From Candidatus Latescibacterota bacterium (GTDB lineage Bacteria > Latescibacterota > UBA2968 > GCA-2709665), in NCBI GenBank assembly GCA_965226795.1, contig CBDDDZ010000005.1, positions 2,208,001-2,272,000 on the forward strand: a DNA stretch of 64,000 nt. The letters are read 5' to 3'. Under the pieces are notes generated by a model, which was not told the origin of the DNA, did not search any database, and worked only from the letters and a program-made list of their open reading frames with translations. The position numbers were made by a program, and so were the translations under genes. Numbering within the stretch: position 1 is the stretch's first letter; each line of letters starts with the position of its first letter. Positions 24,172-35,487 of the stretch are shown one piece after another.

Positions 24172-25065
24172 TCACTGATTGTCCCTATCGACAGTGTCAG
24201 CTCCTGGCGTTCTCAGACTCTCGAACACAGCGGCGGACAGGATGATCAGGCCGCCGATGATTTCCCTGCCGGACGGAATTGCAGCCAGGAAGATCACTGC
24301 GATAATCACACCGTAGACTGTCTCCAGCGCCAGGGTAATCCCGACAACCTTGCCGGAAAGGTGCCGCTGGCTGTTGACGAAGAGAATCCGTGCAAATCCG
24401 GTCAGCACCACCCCCAGCACCACCACGAGCAGGATGTCCCTGGTACCGGGCATTTCGAAAAGGGTTTCATCGTAAAGCATGAATGGCAGAAGCAGCAGGC
24501 CGGCGATGCCCATTTCATAGGCTGAGATGTCCCAGCTATTGTATCTGTCGATAATTCGTTTCTTGCGCAGCAGGATGATGAACGGGAGCATCGCTCCGGA
24601 GGCAACGCCGTAGATTGCCCCCTGAAAATTCGCATTGGACAAATCGAAATCCGGCGCAAGACAGTAGACACCAATCATTACTGCGACTGCACTGGCGAAG
24701 TCTATGGCCCGGAGTCTGACGTTGAAGAAAAAGCTCTCCAGAAACACCATGAGCACCGGGTACGTATACGTCGTCACCAGGCCGATCGCTACCGTTGATA
24801 CCTTTATCGATTGGAAGAAGAGCACCCAATGTATAGAAAGCAGGCCCGCGATCGCGGCAAAGGTACCAAAGTCGCTCCAACTCCTGACGGGCACGTGGCT
24901 CTTGAGACGTCTTGCGACAACGATAAGGACGATCGCTGCCAGAGACGTCCTCCAGAAGACAATCTGGTACGGGTCGAGGTCGACTGCCTTTCCGAAGGGT
25001 GCGATGAATCCATACAGGAGGGTCGCAACGTGCACCTCGGCGAGCGCACGGGACCTACCTGTCAT
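24172..25065 (-). CDS. DMT/EamA-family transporter
   Basis: About 10 hydrophobic segments, two EamA repeats. Confidence 0.85.
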   Translation of the reverse strand: MTGRSRALAEVHVATLLYGFIAPFGKAVDLDPYQIVFWRTSLAAIVLIVVARRLKSHVPVRSWSDFGTFAAIAGLLSIHWVLFFQSIKVSTVAIGLVTTYTYPVLMVFLESFFFNVRLRAIDFASAVAVMIGVYCLAPDFDLSNANFQGAIYGVASGAMLPFIILLRKKRIIDRYNSWDISAYEMGIAGLLLLPFMLYDETLFEMPGTRDILLVVVLGVVLTGFARILFVNSQRHLSGKVVGITLALETVYGVIIAVIFLAAIPSGREIIGGLIILSAAVFESLRTPGADTVDRDNQ

Positions 25066-25942
25066 CTGTCAGGCTCGATGGCGGGCGAGGACGTTGACGA
25101 TTTCGCGGCATTCCTTTTCGATCCCTGGTTGAAAAGGGATTTATACACCTGAGTGACCCTTTAATATTAACCTGAATGATTCGTAACTCCCTGACAAACG
25201 AGGAGGTTACATATGACGATACTTGAACTGACGAACATGTTTCCAGATGATAAAGAGGCTTCGGAATGGATAGCCAAGGTGAGATGGCGATATGGGGTGC
25301 AATACCCTCGCTGTTCGGGGTCCGATATCCATGAGGGAACTAAGCATCACACAATGCCCTACCGTTGTCGCATTTGTCGAAGGTACTTCTGCGTCAAGAC
25401 CGACACAGTGATGAAAGGTTTTCTGTTGGGTCCTCAGGTGTGGGCGGTAGCCGCATATTTGATATTACAGTACACATCAAGGGTGTTCCGAGTACTTGTG
25501 TGGCGAAGTATCTGGGAGTCACGCAGAAGACGGCATGGTTCCTGATGCATCGCAGACGAACAGCGTGGTCACGGAGGCAAGGCTTTTTCACTGGGTTCGT
25601 AGAAGTCGATGAAACATATCCCGGCGGGAAAGAAAAAAACAAGCATGCTTGTAAGAAGATGAAGGCGGGGCGGGGTACAGTAGGCAAGATCCCTGTCGTT
25701 GGAGCGCTGGATAGAGAGACCCACACAGTAGATGCGACGGCCATCCAGAATGCGGACGGCCCGACGCTAAGACGCTTCGTATACCGGCACGCCCGACTGA
25801 AGGCAACGGTCTATACTGACGATGCTTCGGCGTATACCAGTCTGACGCACGTTACGCACAAGAGCGCCAAGCATTCGGCAAAGCAGTATGTAGAAGGGCG
25901 GTGCACACCAACGGCATTGAGTCATTGCGGCGCAGACTCCTA

Positions 25943-27122
25943 GTGTTATGTCCCTAAAATAACTTGATTAATTATTGAAGTTGTCCTATGTTCTCTCTAA
26001 ACATTTTTGCACCTTTCAATAAAGGAGAGAGCCATGGGACGTGGTCGCCCTCGGAAGCCGATTGTGTTGAGTGCTGAGGTCCGTGAGGAACTGACGTCAC
26101 TTTCACGGTCTCGTACGTTGTCGCATGGTCTCGTGCGACGTGCCAATATCATCTTGATGAGCGTCGAAGGTCTCAGTAACCGTGTGATTGCCCAAAAAGT
26201 CGGGCTGAGCCAGCAGAGTGTCATCACCTGGCGTAACCGCTTTCTCCAGCAGGGGTTAGTGGGTCTGTATGATGAACGCCGTTCGGGCAGACCACGCACC
26301 GTCGAGGCCGAGGAGATCACCGCACTGATCCGGAAGACGCTCACCACAAAACCCGAAGATGGCAGCACCCAATGGACGTGTCGATCCATCGCTGTCGAAA
26401 CGAAGATATCCAAATCCGAGGTGCAACGTATCTGGTCCACATTGGGGATTGCGCCACACCGGCAGAAGCACTTCAAGCTATCCAACGATCCCTTCTTCAC
26501 TGAAAAAGTGCACGACATCGTCGGACTGTATCTGGACCCACCCGATTGTGCGATGGTGCTTTGTGTCGACGAGAAAAGCCAGACGCAGGCGTTGGAACGT
26601 ACCCAACCGCTTTTGCCGATGGGGCTGGGATACGTGGAGGGCGTGACGCACGATTACGTCCGCCACGGTACCACGACGTTGTTCGCCGCCCTGGACATTG
26701 CCTCAGGCGAGGTTTTGACGCAATGCAAGCGCAGGCACCGCCACCAGGAGTTTTTACAGTTTCTCAACCACATCGACCAAAACATACCTGAAGATCTCGA
26801 TGTACACTTAATCGTCGACAACTATTGTACGCACAAACACACCAAGGTGAAACGATGGCTTTCAAAAAGACCCAGATACCACCTTCACTTTACCCCCACA
26901 TACGCATCCTGGCTCAACCAAGTCGAGATCTGGTTCAATATCATCACACAGAAAGCCATCAGGCGGGGCTCCTTCAGATCCGTGAGAGAACTCATCGACA
27001 GAATCCAAACCTTCACCGACAACTACAACAAGACGTCGAAGCCATTCGTCTGGACCGCCACCGCAGTATCCATCCTCCAGAAAATCGAACGATTATGTAA
27101 ATCTATTTCTGGGACATGACAC
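25943..27122 (+). mobile_element. IS630-family insertion sequence
   Basis: TIRs GTGTTATGTCCC / GGGACATGACAC; TA duplication within CTAG (25941-25942, 27123-27124). Confidence 0.9.
26007..27119 (+). CDS. IS630-family transposase
   Basis: N-terminal HTHs, [36 protein letters not shown]. Confidence 0.93.
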   Translation: MHLSIKERAMGRGRPRKPIVLSAEVREELTSLSRSRTLSHGLVRRANIILMSVEGLSNRVIAQKVGLSQQSVITWRNRFLQQGLVGLYDERRSGRPRTVEAEEITALIRKTLTTKPEDGSTQWTCRSIAVETKISKSEVQRIWSTLGIAPHRQKHFKLSNDPFFTEKVHDIVGLYLDPPDCAMVLCVDEKSQTQALERTQPLLPMGLGYVEGVTHDYVRHGTTTLFAALDIASGEVLTQCKRRHRHQEFLQFLNHIDQNIPEDLDVHLIVDNYCTHKHTKVKRWLSKRPRYHLHFTPTYASWLNQVEIWFNIITQKAIRRGSFRSVRELIDRIQTFTDNYNKTSKPFVWTATAVSILQKIERLCKSISGT

Positions 27123-27585
27123 TAGGCGTTGCTTAAAGGAGGGTATATGAGCACTTACCACAAAATGAGTTTGAAGCATCGCAACCGACACATTCAGGAA
27201 TTTTCGGGCCGGCACAATGGGAAGTGGCCCCTGTATGGTGCCGCAAAGCTGAAGGCGGTCTTCGCTGGCATGGTGGAAGAACGTCTTTCCTATGCTCAAC
27301 TGGTCGGAGGTGAATCATGATTCTTCGAGGTAGTTCGATGCCTGACGAAAAGTGGAAAATAAATGGCACGAGAATGCTTCAACATTTGCTTTCTCGCGCC
27401 GCGAAAGATTCCCATTGTCTTTTAGAAGAACTTCTATGCTCTCCTGAAAACGACTCAGGAAGAGCGAGGCGGGACTTAAGGCGTTATTGCGTTGGTTTAT
27501 ATTATAGACTCCTTGGGCGATGGAAGTCAAAATGATGGCCAAGGATGGGGAAACGTCTTTGTGTCCCATTCAACTACTCCTGGAT

Positions 27586-29340
27586 TTATTTCCCGAAGGC
27601 AGTGGTGAAAATGAGGAAGTCGCTGAAGCCTATCGCTCCGTCTTCATCCAAATCAAATCGTTCTTCATATTCGGCTTCGTCTTCCGTGGTCCCAAATACA
27701 TCAACAAACATCAAAAAATCTACAAAATCCACTTTGCCGTCGCCATCGAAGTCTGGTGTGGGCTTGGCTTGTTCTTGGGTTCTTGCTAATATTGTTGCAT
27801 TTTCCAGCTTGACATCGGCGTTGTAATCGTAGATTTGTTGCCATTCAGCAATTGCTTTTATGAGGGTTATCTCCGTGGAGTGGAATTTTTCAAGCGTCTT
27901 AAAATCCAACGTTAAAAACAATCCACCTTCTTTTGGCGCAGGGACTGGCCAGAACCATCCTCCATCATCAACATAGCCTGGCAAAATATCCATTACGAAA
28001 ACTCGCCGACCTTCTTCCGGTTTTCGAAAATCAACGTCTACTTTCGCCACGCCTTCCAACGCATCACCAACTATATAATACGCGGGCGACACTTGGGTAT
28101 AGTCATATTCGAAAGACAACCTAAAGCGACCCATGTCTTTTATGTCTTCTGCGAAAATTTGCACCGCAAAGCTATCTTCCGGCTCCACAATTACCGTTGT
28201 ACCCTTCTGGTTTCTTGGGCCTATGTCTGCGTCTAAAGAGAATTTGAGATTTTCAGGAGCTTCTATGGCCACATCCAACCAGAAATGTTCGTCTTTGAAA
28301 TTGCCGTGTGTATCAATGACTCGGACAAATATATCGTGGGTATCCAGATCCAATAGGGTCTCGTTTGGTGATGAGGGGACGATGCCGTTATATGCCCATC
28401 GAACATTGATCTGAGATACGCTTGGAAGGCGAAGATAGTCTTGAACTTCCAGTTGGCCATACGCCACAGAATTTTGATCCGTTGTTTTCACAAACAAAAA
28501 AGCTTGGTGCAGCAGTCCGCCGCGCGCGCTGATAGCAATGTCAACATAGTGTCGGGCGCTCCCGCGCTTGTAATAGCGGCCTTCTACAAGCTTCGCGTCA
28601 AGACCTACCAAGCTTAAGGAAGAGTTAGGATTGAAATAGGGATGCGTCGAAAGGTAATCAGCGTTACACTCGGATATTTTCTCTACGTTGTTTCCATAGG
28701 ACATGATGAAGGCATTATCATGGAAATTGTGTTCCAAGCAGAAGGCATGACCTAACTCATGGGCGACCACGAAAAAAGCGAACTCCGATGGAAGAAACAA
28801 AAAGCCTCTGTTTTTGTTGAAAGCACCTGCGACGCCACCGACTGCTACGCCCTGATCCTTTAGAATACGGCTTCCGTTTTCAATTACGACAAAGTATATG
28901 TTTGTGGCCTCAAAATCAAAAACCTGCGCTACTTCGATATATATAGAATCAAGGACACTCGGGACATAATGGGCGTTTGGAAAATTTCCTGTGAATTGAT
29001 GAACTAAAGGGTTTCCACTATCGTCCCTTTCAATTTGGAATTCTCTGTTTTGGTGCCCGTGCGCTTTCAGACTTTTGGTGTAAAACGCTTGGGTGCGTTG
29101 TATTGTGGTTTTCATGCAATCCACAACAGCTTGCCTGAATGCGCGATCAGACGGCGTGAAGTATATCATACGTACCGTTTTGGGTGGTCCTGACTTGAAT
29201 ACGGCGGCTCGTTTATTCGCCGCCGTCAGTTCCCCAAGGCTTTGCAGCCGTTCTGTATCGAGTCGGATACATCGTTCGCGTCCAGATAAGTCCGTAACTA
29301 AAATGACCAAGAAAAACAGAACCGTCTTGAACAATGTCAT
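27586..29340 (-). CDS. Secreted zinc metallopeptidase with cohesin-like and C-terminal dockerin/EF-hand-like domains
   Basis: Signal-like N-terminus; AHELGHAFCLEH plus IMSY Met-turn; C-terminal DFDGDGKVDFVDF...FDLDEDGAIGFSDF. Confidence 0.8.
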   Translation of the reverse strand: MTLFKTVLFFLVILVTDLSGRERCIRLDTERLQSLGELTAANKRAAVFKSGPPKTVRMIYFTPSDRAFRQAVVDCMKTTIQRTQAFYTKSLKAHGHQNREFQIERDDSGNPLVHQFTGNFPNAHYVPSVLDSIYIEVAQVFDFEATNIYFVVIENGSRILKDQGVAVGGVAGAFNKNRGFLFLPSEFAFFVVAHELGHAFCLEHNFHDNAFIMSYGNNVEKISECNADYLSTHPYFNPNSSLSLVGLDAKLVEGRYYKRGSARHYVDIAISARGGLLHQAFLFVKTTDQNSVAYGQLEVQDYLRLPSVSQINVRWAYNGIVPSSPNETLLDLDTHDIFVRVIDTHGNFKDEHFWLDVAIEAPENLKFSLDADIGPRNQKGTTVIVEPEDSFAVQIFAEDIKDMGRFRLSFEYDYTQVSPAYYIVGDALEGVAKVDVDFRKPEEGRRVFVMDILPGYVDDGGWFWPVPAPKEGGLFLTLDFKTLEKFHSTEITLIKAIAEWQQIYDYNADVKLENATILARTQEQAKPTPDFDGDGKVDFVDFLMFVDVFGTTEDEAEYEERFDLDEDGAIGFSDFLIFTTAFGK

Positions 29341-29896
29341 TCCCTTTCTGTTCTGTGACGTGGTGGCCGTTGGCGCCCGCAAAGGGCGCCGGGCCTTGTC
29401 ACGCACCGCAAGGGAATACCGGAATTGTCCCGCTTATTCGGCCAAGTTGGGGTAGCTAATCCCAACCGTAGCTAGCCTTATTCGGGGGGAGGCCCGGCAC
29501 AATATATGACTTGCTGTGTGTGACGGGCGCATATTATGGCGATAAGGTTGAATGTCAAGAGTAAATTGAATTTACCATTTAGCGTCGGTAGATTTGCGAA
29601 ACTCCTCTAAGGAGGTGCGGAAATGACAGAAGAGAAGAAGGACTGTTCACAGATGCCAGAGATAATATCGGACACGCCAGAAAATCTCATGAGGATGCTG
29701 GTTAACACACCCCCGACGACTGAGCTGAATGCAAAACAAGAAGCCCAGCGTTGAAGCCTCAATGTAAGACTCTAACTTCGGCCCAGGCAGTTCGAATATA
29801 CCAGAAATGTTGCTGGCCGGTACACTCTTGACATTGAAGGGGTCTCTGTCGTTCTTTTGACTGTCTAGATAAATCGAATAAACACGAAGAATCGCG

Positions 29897-30130
29897 ATGC
29901 CTGAGCCATCTGTCATTAATGGCCTGGAAGAAAAGATCAGTCGTCTGACTCTGGATGAGCAATTGCAGCTGATTGAAAGAGTGAGTCACCGAATTCGGGT
30001 TGATATTACTGCGAATACTGACATCGATGCTCAATTGAGCAAAATGGCCGCCGATCCTGAAACTCAAAAGGAAATCCGGGAAATCGAGGACGAATTCTCC
30101 CCGACAGAGGGAGATGGGCTGGATGATTGA
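29897..30130 (+). CDS. Putative antitoxin upstream of a mazF remnant
   Basis: 77 aa ending MAADPETQKEIREIEDEF...DGL; stop overlaps the mazF start (TGATG). Confidence 0.65.
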   Translation: MPEPSVINGLEEKISRLTLDEQLQLIERVSHRIRVDITANTDIDAQLSKMAADPETQKEIREIEDEFSPTEGDGLDD

Positions 30131-30225
30131 TGGCAATAGTGCGAGGTGAAATATACTTCGTTAATCTAAATCCGGTGAAGGGGCGAGAGCAGTCGGGTCG
30201 CCGCGCAGTGCTGGTTCTGTCCACT
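30130..30225 (+). pseudogene. mazF: PemK/MazF toxin, N-terminal fragment
   Basis: MAIVRGEIYFVNLNPVKGREQSGRRAVLVLS, then similarity stops. Confidence 0.8.
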
Positions 30226-30352
30226 TCGAGAGCGTCACGAGAAGACACCAGGCTCGGTGTCATCGTGGCGTCTTTTTTCAGTTCATTTATAGCTCATTCG
30301 GCTGCCGTGGGTTTGGTTCGATTTCCAATTGCAGCCATCGCACGCTCCACAT

Positions 30353-31012
30353 TCACGTGTATATCCCGATCATCATCCGACGCACCTTTACCGACGCCTC
30401 CCCATCCGCGACCAGGGCCGTCCTGATCGCAGGAGCCAGCACCTGCCCGGCCGGAAAGCCCTCGGGACCGCAGGAAACGTAAGAATATCCCAGGTGCGCC
30501 TGCGCGGTCTTTGTTTCGCAATTGACGATAACCGCCAGGTCCAGGTCCTCGATCACGGTCCCCCTGTCGGAGAGATTCCCGTCGCCGCCTTCGGCGAAGA
30601 GCGTCCTCTTGCCCTCCGAAGACCCGTCCCGCAGCAGGAGTTCCACGCGGCCTGCCTGGCCCACGCCGGCATCGCCCGGGACCGCTTCGAGTTGAATTCC
30701 AACGGCGCCGTCAACCTGCGACACGAGGCCCAGGCCCAACTCCGCCGGTCCGTCCACCGTCACCCCGATCGCCTCCAACTCCAGCACCTTCACCACGGAC
30801 GTGCTCAGCGGGGACCCGGTCAGCGTCACGCCGTCGCCGGCAATTCCCCTGGCGATCATCGCATAGTGGCTTCCATAGGGATCGGTGTAGTCATACGCTG
30901 ACGCCGTGGACGATCCGGTCAGCGATTCCATCATCCACACCGGCAGGCCGTGCGTGAAATTGACCTCCTCGACCTCCGCGTGATACGTTGTACGCAACAA
31001 CCTTCGGTTCAT
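30353..31012 (-). CDS. Hypothetical protein
   Basis: 219 aa with GGAGG RBS, 55 bp downstream of the beta-propeller gene; no recognised motif. Confidence 0.65.
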   Translation of the reverse strand: MNRRLLRTTYHAEVEEVNFTHGLPVWMMESLTGSSTASAYDYTDPYGSHYAMIARGIAGDGVTLTGSPLSTSVVKVLELEAIGVTVDGPAELGLGLVSQVDGAVGIQLEAVPGDAGVGQAGRVELLLRDGSSEGKRTLFAEGGDGNLSDRGTVIEDLDLAVIVNCETKTAQAHLGYSYVSCGPEGFPAGQVLAPAIRTALVADGEASVKVRRMMIGIYT

Positions 31013-31066
31013 GGTTCCTCCCCCGGCATCCGGTCGCTCGATTTCTATGAGTCCCGCGTCTCGTTT

Positions 31067-31978
31067 CTACTTCCATTCCATCACCGCGGCGTTGATTCCG
31101 CCGCACAGAAGGTATAGCTTGTCCTCGTGGAAAACCGGAAAGGGCCAGTGGCCGGATTCCAGCACACAACCCATGTCCTCGTACGGACCCGTCACGTCCG
31201 AACCCTCCGAAAGCGCACCGGAAAGCCCTCGCTGATCGTTGAATAGCATCAGCCAGCGGTCCCACAGCCGCACGAGGATCGATGCAAACGGCCCCCGGCT
31301 GCCCGGTGTGTTCCCCAGCAGCGGTTTTTTAGACAGCCGCCAGTGGATCCCATCCTCGCTCATCGCCAGGCCCGCCACCGTCGTCACGCCGTCCGCCTGC
31401 GCGTTCCACCCGAGACCGTTCCCCTGAAACGTCCCGATGAACATGGGGCCGTCCTTGACCACCCGCACATAGCTCACGCTCTGACCGTACCAGTGGTTTT
31501 TTCGATTCGGATGTGTTGTCATTATGGGGAACACCTGCTGCTCGAAATGGATGCCGTCAGTTGAAGTCGCCAGCGCCGTCGGCTGCACGCCGGTCGGGTG
31601 TACTCCATGGAAATACATGTAGACCTCCCCGTTGTGCATTACGGCCGACGGAGAGGAGATGTGCTTCGTGAACGACGTCGCCGCGAGTTCCAGCACGGCC
31701 TGCCGCCACGTCCACGGCCCCAGCGGGTGCCCGGCCGTCGCGAGCCAGATTTCCGAGCCGTCGTGCGTCGCGACGTAAGCATAGTATGCATCGATCGGAT
31801 CCGGCAGCACGCCCGCCGTCGGAATTGCCGAGATGTACGTCGCGTCCTGCCCCGCGAATTCCTGATCGTCCGTCGCCGCCAGCACCGGATTTCCCTCGTA
31901 CTGAACCGCCTTCGGAAGATGGAACGACATCTGTCCCGCGGCGCTGGCCGCCGTGAACTGCAACGGAAAGGTCTTCAT
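31067..31978 (-). CDS. GH43/GH32-like five-bladed beta-propeller protein
   Basis: YEGNPVL, HPLGPWT, SSPS...VYMYFHG, ATSTDGIHF, SEDGIHW. Confidence 0.7.
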   Translation of the reverse strand: MKTFPLQFTAASAAGQMSFHLPKAVQYEGNPVLAATDDQEFAGQDATYISAIPTAGVLPDPIDAYYAYVATHDGSEIWLATAGHPLGPWTWRQAVLELAATSFTKHISSPSAVMHNGEVYMYFHGVHPTGVQPTALATSTDGIHFEQQVFPIMTTHPNRKNHWYGQSVSYVRVVKDGPMFIGTFQGNGLGWNAQADGVTTVAGLAMSEDGIHWRLSKKPLLGNTPGSRGPFASILVRLWDRWLMLFNDQRGLSGALSEGSDVTGPYEDMGCVLESGHWPFPVFHEDKLYLLCGGINAAVMEWK

Positions 31979-32009
31979 CTTGTCTCCTCACTGTATACGT
32001 TGTATACGC

Positions 32010-32664
32010 CTATCTGCCAGCAGTTCCATCCAATAGAAGCGCGTTGACCAGATCGTGAAAAGAATCGTAGATCTCACAGTCCGCGTCCCCAAACCGAAAC
32101 CTGTCCTGGTGCCCTTGCAATACGACAATCGGACGGCAGCCCACGGCGCGTGCCACCTCCACGTCATGGTCCGTGTCGCCTATGAATAGCGTCACGGATG
32201 GATCGAGATTGAAGTCGTCTATCAGATCGCGGCATCTCTGTTCTTTCGACGCAGCCAATCGATCGGAAAGCCCGTACACACCCTTGAAGTGTTCCTGAAT
32301 TCCGTGAATACGCACCCATGAAACGACCATTTCTTCTTCGGCAGCCGACAAAACGAACTGATCTATTCCATGTTTTTCCTGGAAATCCAGCGCCTCCGCG
32401 ATTCCTGGATTGAGTGAACACGATCCGATACCGGAGTGGTACACTCTGTGGAATTCGTCGGAAATGTCGCGTTGTTCTTCCCTGTCCAGGTCGAATCCCA
32501 GGTGGCGATAGTAATCGGATACGGGAAACCGGAAGATCCGCTTATGTTTCGCTTTGTCGATCGTCGGGAGTTTTCTTCTGTGCAACAGTTCGTTCATTGA
32601 GCGTGTCGCAAGTTGCACGTCATCCAGAATGGTGCCGTTGAAGTCCCAAATGACTGATTTCATT
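32010..32664 (-). CDS. HAD-family hydrolase
   Basis: MKSVIWDFNGTILDD, FVLSA, FIGDTDHD. Confidence 0.9.
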
Positions 32665-32814
32665 GCACTTTTATAAAGTTCCCGCACCTACGAAAAACAC
32701 ATCCGCTCATTGCATACAATCCCCGCCAGCCAACCGCACCAACGGGGATTTGCATACATAGCAAATTCGATTGTATTTAATCGAGTAAAGCGTCAGGACC
32801 TTTCACGTCAGGTG

Positions 32815-33054
32815 TCAGTCATCACCAACATCTTCAGAAAGCGCCGGTCTGTTTTCTCTGGTGACTCGAATCAGGAATCGCAATGCCGCGTTCACAGAAT
32901 CAGCGTCTGGAAAAACCTCTGCAACGTCAGGCTCCAATCGGACGACGTGCCTGCCAAAGTTCTTTCGCCCAGAACCAACCTTCCTCACCCGCAGGCTTTT
33001 CAAATCATACTCGGCCCGCGGTTCATCCTGCGTTGACACCTCAACCTTCGTCAT
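32815..33054 (-). CDS. Orphan BrnA-like antitoxin
   Basis: RAEYDL...VRLEPDVAEVFPDADSVNAALR; no toxin ORF adjacent. Confidence 0.6.
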   Translation of the reverse strand: MTKVEVSTQDEPRAEYDLKSLRVRKVGSGRKNFGRHVVRLEPDVAEVFPDADSVNAALRFLIRVTRENRPALSEDVGDD

Positions 33055-33210
33055 AAGACTCTCGCACCCTTCGGATTGCTAACCAAGCGCCAAGCTCATC
33101 TCACATTCCGCGGTACTCTCCTTACAATATAGCCGCGAAAACTGATGGCTGCAAGGTCGATCTGCTCGACCTGCGTTGAGGCGCCATTCCTCGGCAACGC
33201 AGTCAAACCG

Positions 33211-33354
33211 TCAGCCGTCGGCTTGCGTCTCGGTCGTTTTCCCTGGTTTCGAGAAGGTAAGCCGTTCTACAATCTGTCCCAAATCGTTGTTACACTATAT
33301 GGCGATCTGCGTTCGAATGGCATGAATTTCCTCAACGATCGGATCTTTCCACAT
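33211..33354 (-). pseudogene. Small TA-associated protein remnant (MWKDPIVEE type)
   Basis: MWKDPIVEEIHAIRTQIAI*CNNDL, internal TAG, GGAG RBS. Confidence 0.45.
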
Positions 33355-33468
33355 GATTACTCTCCTTTGGGGATTTCCAAGAATGGGCAGATCCTGAAAT
33401 TAGTTGAAATAACAGAGGCGTCCGTGACGAGAGGAACGTATAAAGCCTGGACTGAAAATCCAACTCAC

Positions 33469-34755
33469 TTACTTTGTCAAGTTCCTGAGAACTTCAATTC
33501 CCTTCTTCAAAATCTGATCCTCTGATTCGCTCCAGACTTCCGACACCGGATCGATTAACACCGAAGGGATATATTCGCTTCTTGACGATCCAACGAATTC
33601 TCGCGACGCCGAATCCCCCTTCAACGTGCCGTTGAAGATCTTCTGTTTGGTACACTGAAATCCAATTCCCGTATGGGGCATTCGCATCGTGTAGACCGAA
33701 CCCTCCAATCCTGCCATCTTCGTTCCGACGACAGTTGCTCTTTCGATGGCATCCAGGCTGATTGCCAGACCCTCACCCGCGCTTCCGGTCCAGCGGTTTA
33801 CCAGAATGACAACCGGGCGTTTATACTGCCACTCACCTCTTGGTTTGACACGGCTCAGAAATGGGTCTCCGTTTCGAGGCACGGTTCTCTGATAGACGCG
33901 TTCCCCATCGATCAGACGTCCGATAATTCCTTCAACAATCCTGGTATTACCGCCGCCGACTCTGCGCAGGTCAAGTATCAATCCGTCAGTTTCAGACAGA
34001 TCGTCGTGTGCGGAATCGAATAGCTCCAGCAGTCCAGTATCGGCCAGAGAACCATTGATGACCATGTATCCGATTCGGTGATCCAAAATTCAAAAATCGA
34101 GTCTCGATCGGTGTTGGGATTCATATGCGATATCAAACTGATCCGGAGGGATCGACATCCGCCTCGTTTCATGCTGGTGTCTCACGTCAATCGTCCTTGT
34201 CTGATTTCGATATCCCGCGAGCACTTTTCTTAGCGTCCAACTCTCTATTTCGTCGTTGATCTGAACAAAGGATCTGCCCATTCGTTTTCGGATAGCGTCT
34301 TCGTTCGGCATTCCATTGAAGCTAAGGATTTCCATCCCCGGACACAGACCCGCGGCATCGGCTGGGAACCCCGGTCGGATTCCCGTTATGATTGCTTTCC
34401 CGTCTTTCCATTCGGCCCGGATGTCGGTCCGCGACGGGACGATGTTCGGAGAAGATGCCGTATGCGTGTTCAAGTGAATGTGGTCGTCGTACAGTTCCTC
34501 AAGGACCGTCTCCAGCAACGCCACAAATTCCGATTTTGCGACAATCGATTGGATCTGCGGCCGGTAGATCTCTCTGACTCGATCCCAGTCTGTCCGCTTT
34601 TCGTCAAAATAGGCATAGTCCGTCCTGAACGTCTCCCACAGAAAATCGAAGTCCGCTTCATATTGTTCTGCACTCAGGTCGTTCTGTGCGAACGCAAGAG
34701 AATAGCTGAGGCAATTGAAAGTCAGAAGCGCGCAAAGGATCAACACAAAAAGCAT
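33469..34755 (-). pseudogene. S41-family peptidase with PDZ domain, frameshifted near 34090
   Basis: Signal peptide, DFDFLW...YAYF, PADAAGL; second frame LILDLR..GGG, TGSAGE, ATVVG. Confidence 0.8.
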
Positions 34756-34802
34756 AGGATATGGGCCTGTGTTTTGATGGTGCTGGGTGAGTATGGTCTT
34801 AA

Positions 34803-34905
34803 CCTGATTAATTCATGAATTGTCACGGATAGCGGTATCAGGAAGCAGAAACAGCTTCCGAGTGAAACGAGAAAGTGAAGTCGGCGCGAGGTTTGCGGGC
34901 TGACA
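34803..34905 (-). mobile_element. Isolated diverged right end of an IS1380 related to the element at 11931-13627
   Basis: CCTGATTAATTCATGAATTGTCACGGA...GGAAGCAGAAACAGCTTCCGAGTGAAACGAGAAA aligns with the reverse complement of ~13555-13627. Confidence 0.8.
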
Positions 34906-34949
34906 TGTTAGAAGAAGAACGACAGCTCTGGCGAGACCTGCGGGACCGA

Positions 34950-35192
34950 CCCCCTAACCCCCTTCCTGAGAGGAAGGGGGAACCGTGATCGGTTAATGAA
35001 CCGTTGGATTGGCTGAAGACGTTTCCATTGTTGAAAAAATCCCGGCGAAATATTGTAATAGGTCAGCGTGTTGCGATCGAGAAAGTGACGAGATGACATT
35101 CTCCGATCAATCAGAGCGTAAAAAAACAGTATTTACGCAACGCTTGGTTCAACTCCCCCTCTCCTCGCAGGAGAGGGGGCCGGGGGGAGAGG
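34950..35192. repeat. Inverted pair of GC-rich REP-like hairpins
   Basis: CCCCCTTCCT-GAG-AGGAAGGGGG (34958-34980) and CCCCCTCTCCT-CGC-AGGAGAGGGGG (35155-35179), with tails facing outward. Confidence 0.65.
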
Positions 35193-35487
35193 TCCTCACT
35201 AAAGACTCGCGAAAAGGATTCTGTGATGATTATCTTGAGCCCCCACGCCAGGTTGCTCCAGGTTCATTGTTATAAGGTTAATTAAGTAACCAGAATACAA
35301 TGACTTGGGTAAGGAAACTTCCTTTTTTGTGAATTAATGAGGTTTTTTGGCTGAAAATCGTCAAGCCACGTCGCCGTATTCGGCTCTTTCAGTGCCCGAT
35401 ACAGCGGGTGGTTGACAAGCCCGAATTCCAAGGGGGCGCAGAACGAAGATGAACGTTGGACGACACGGCGAAGGTGCCACGACCAAG

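Larger units (their letters stand above)
25213..27320 (+). pseudogene. IS1595-family transposase relic, frameshifted and interrupted by IS630
   Basis: Zn-ribbon (PRC...YRCRICR), GVTQKTAWF, VEVDETY.GGK, VYTDD, then YHKMSLKH...EFSGRHN after the IS630. Confidence 0.85.

Noticed and set aside
25136..27595. IS1595 terminal inverted repeats
   Set aside because: Candidate ends (GGGATTTATAC / GATTTATTTCCC) match too weakly to define boundaries
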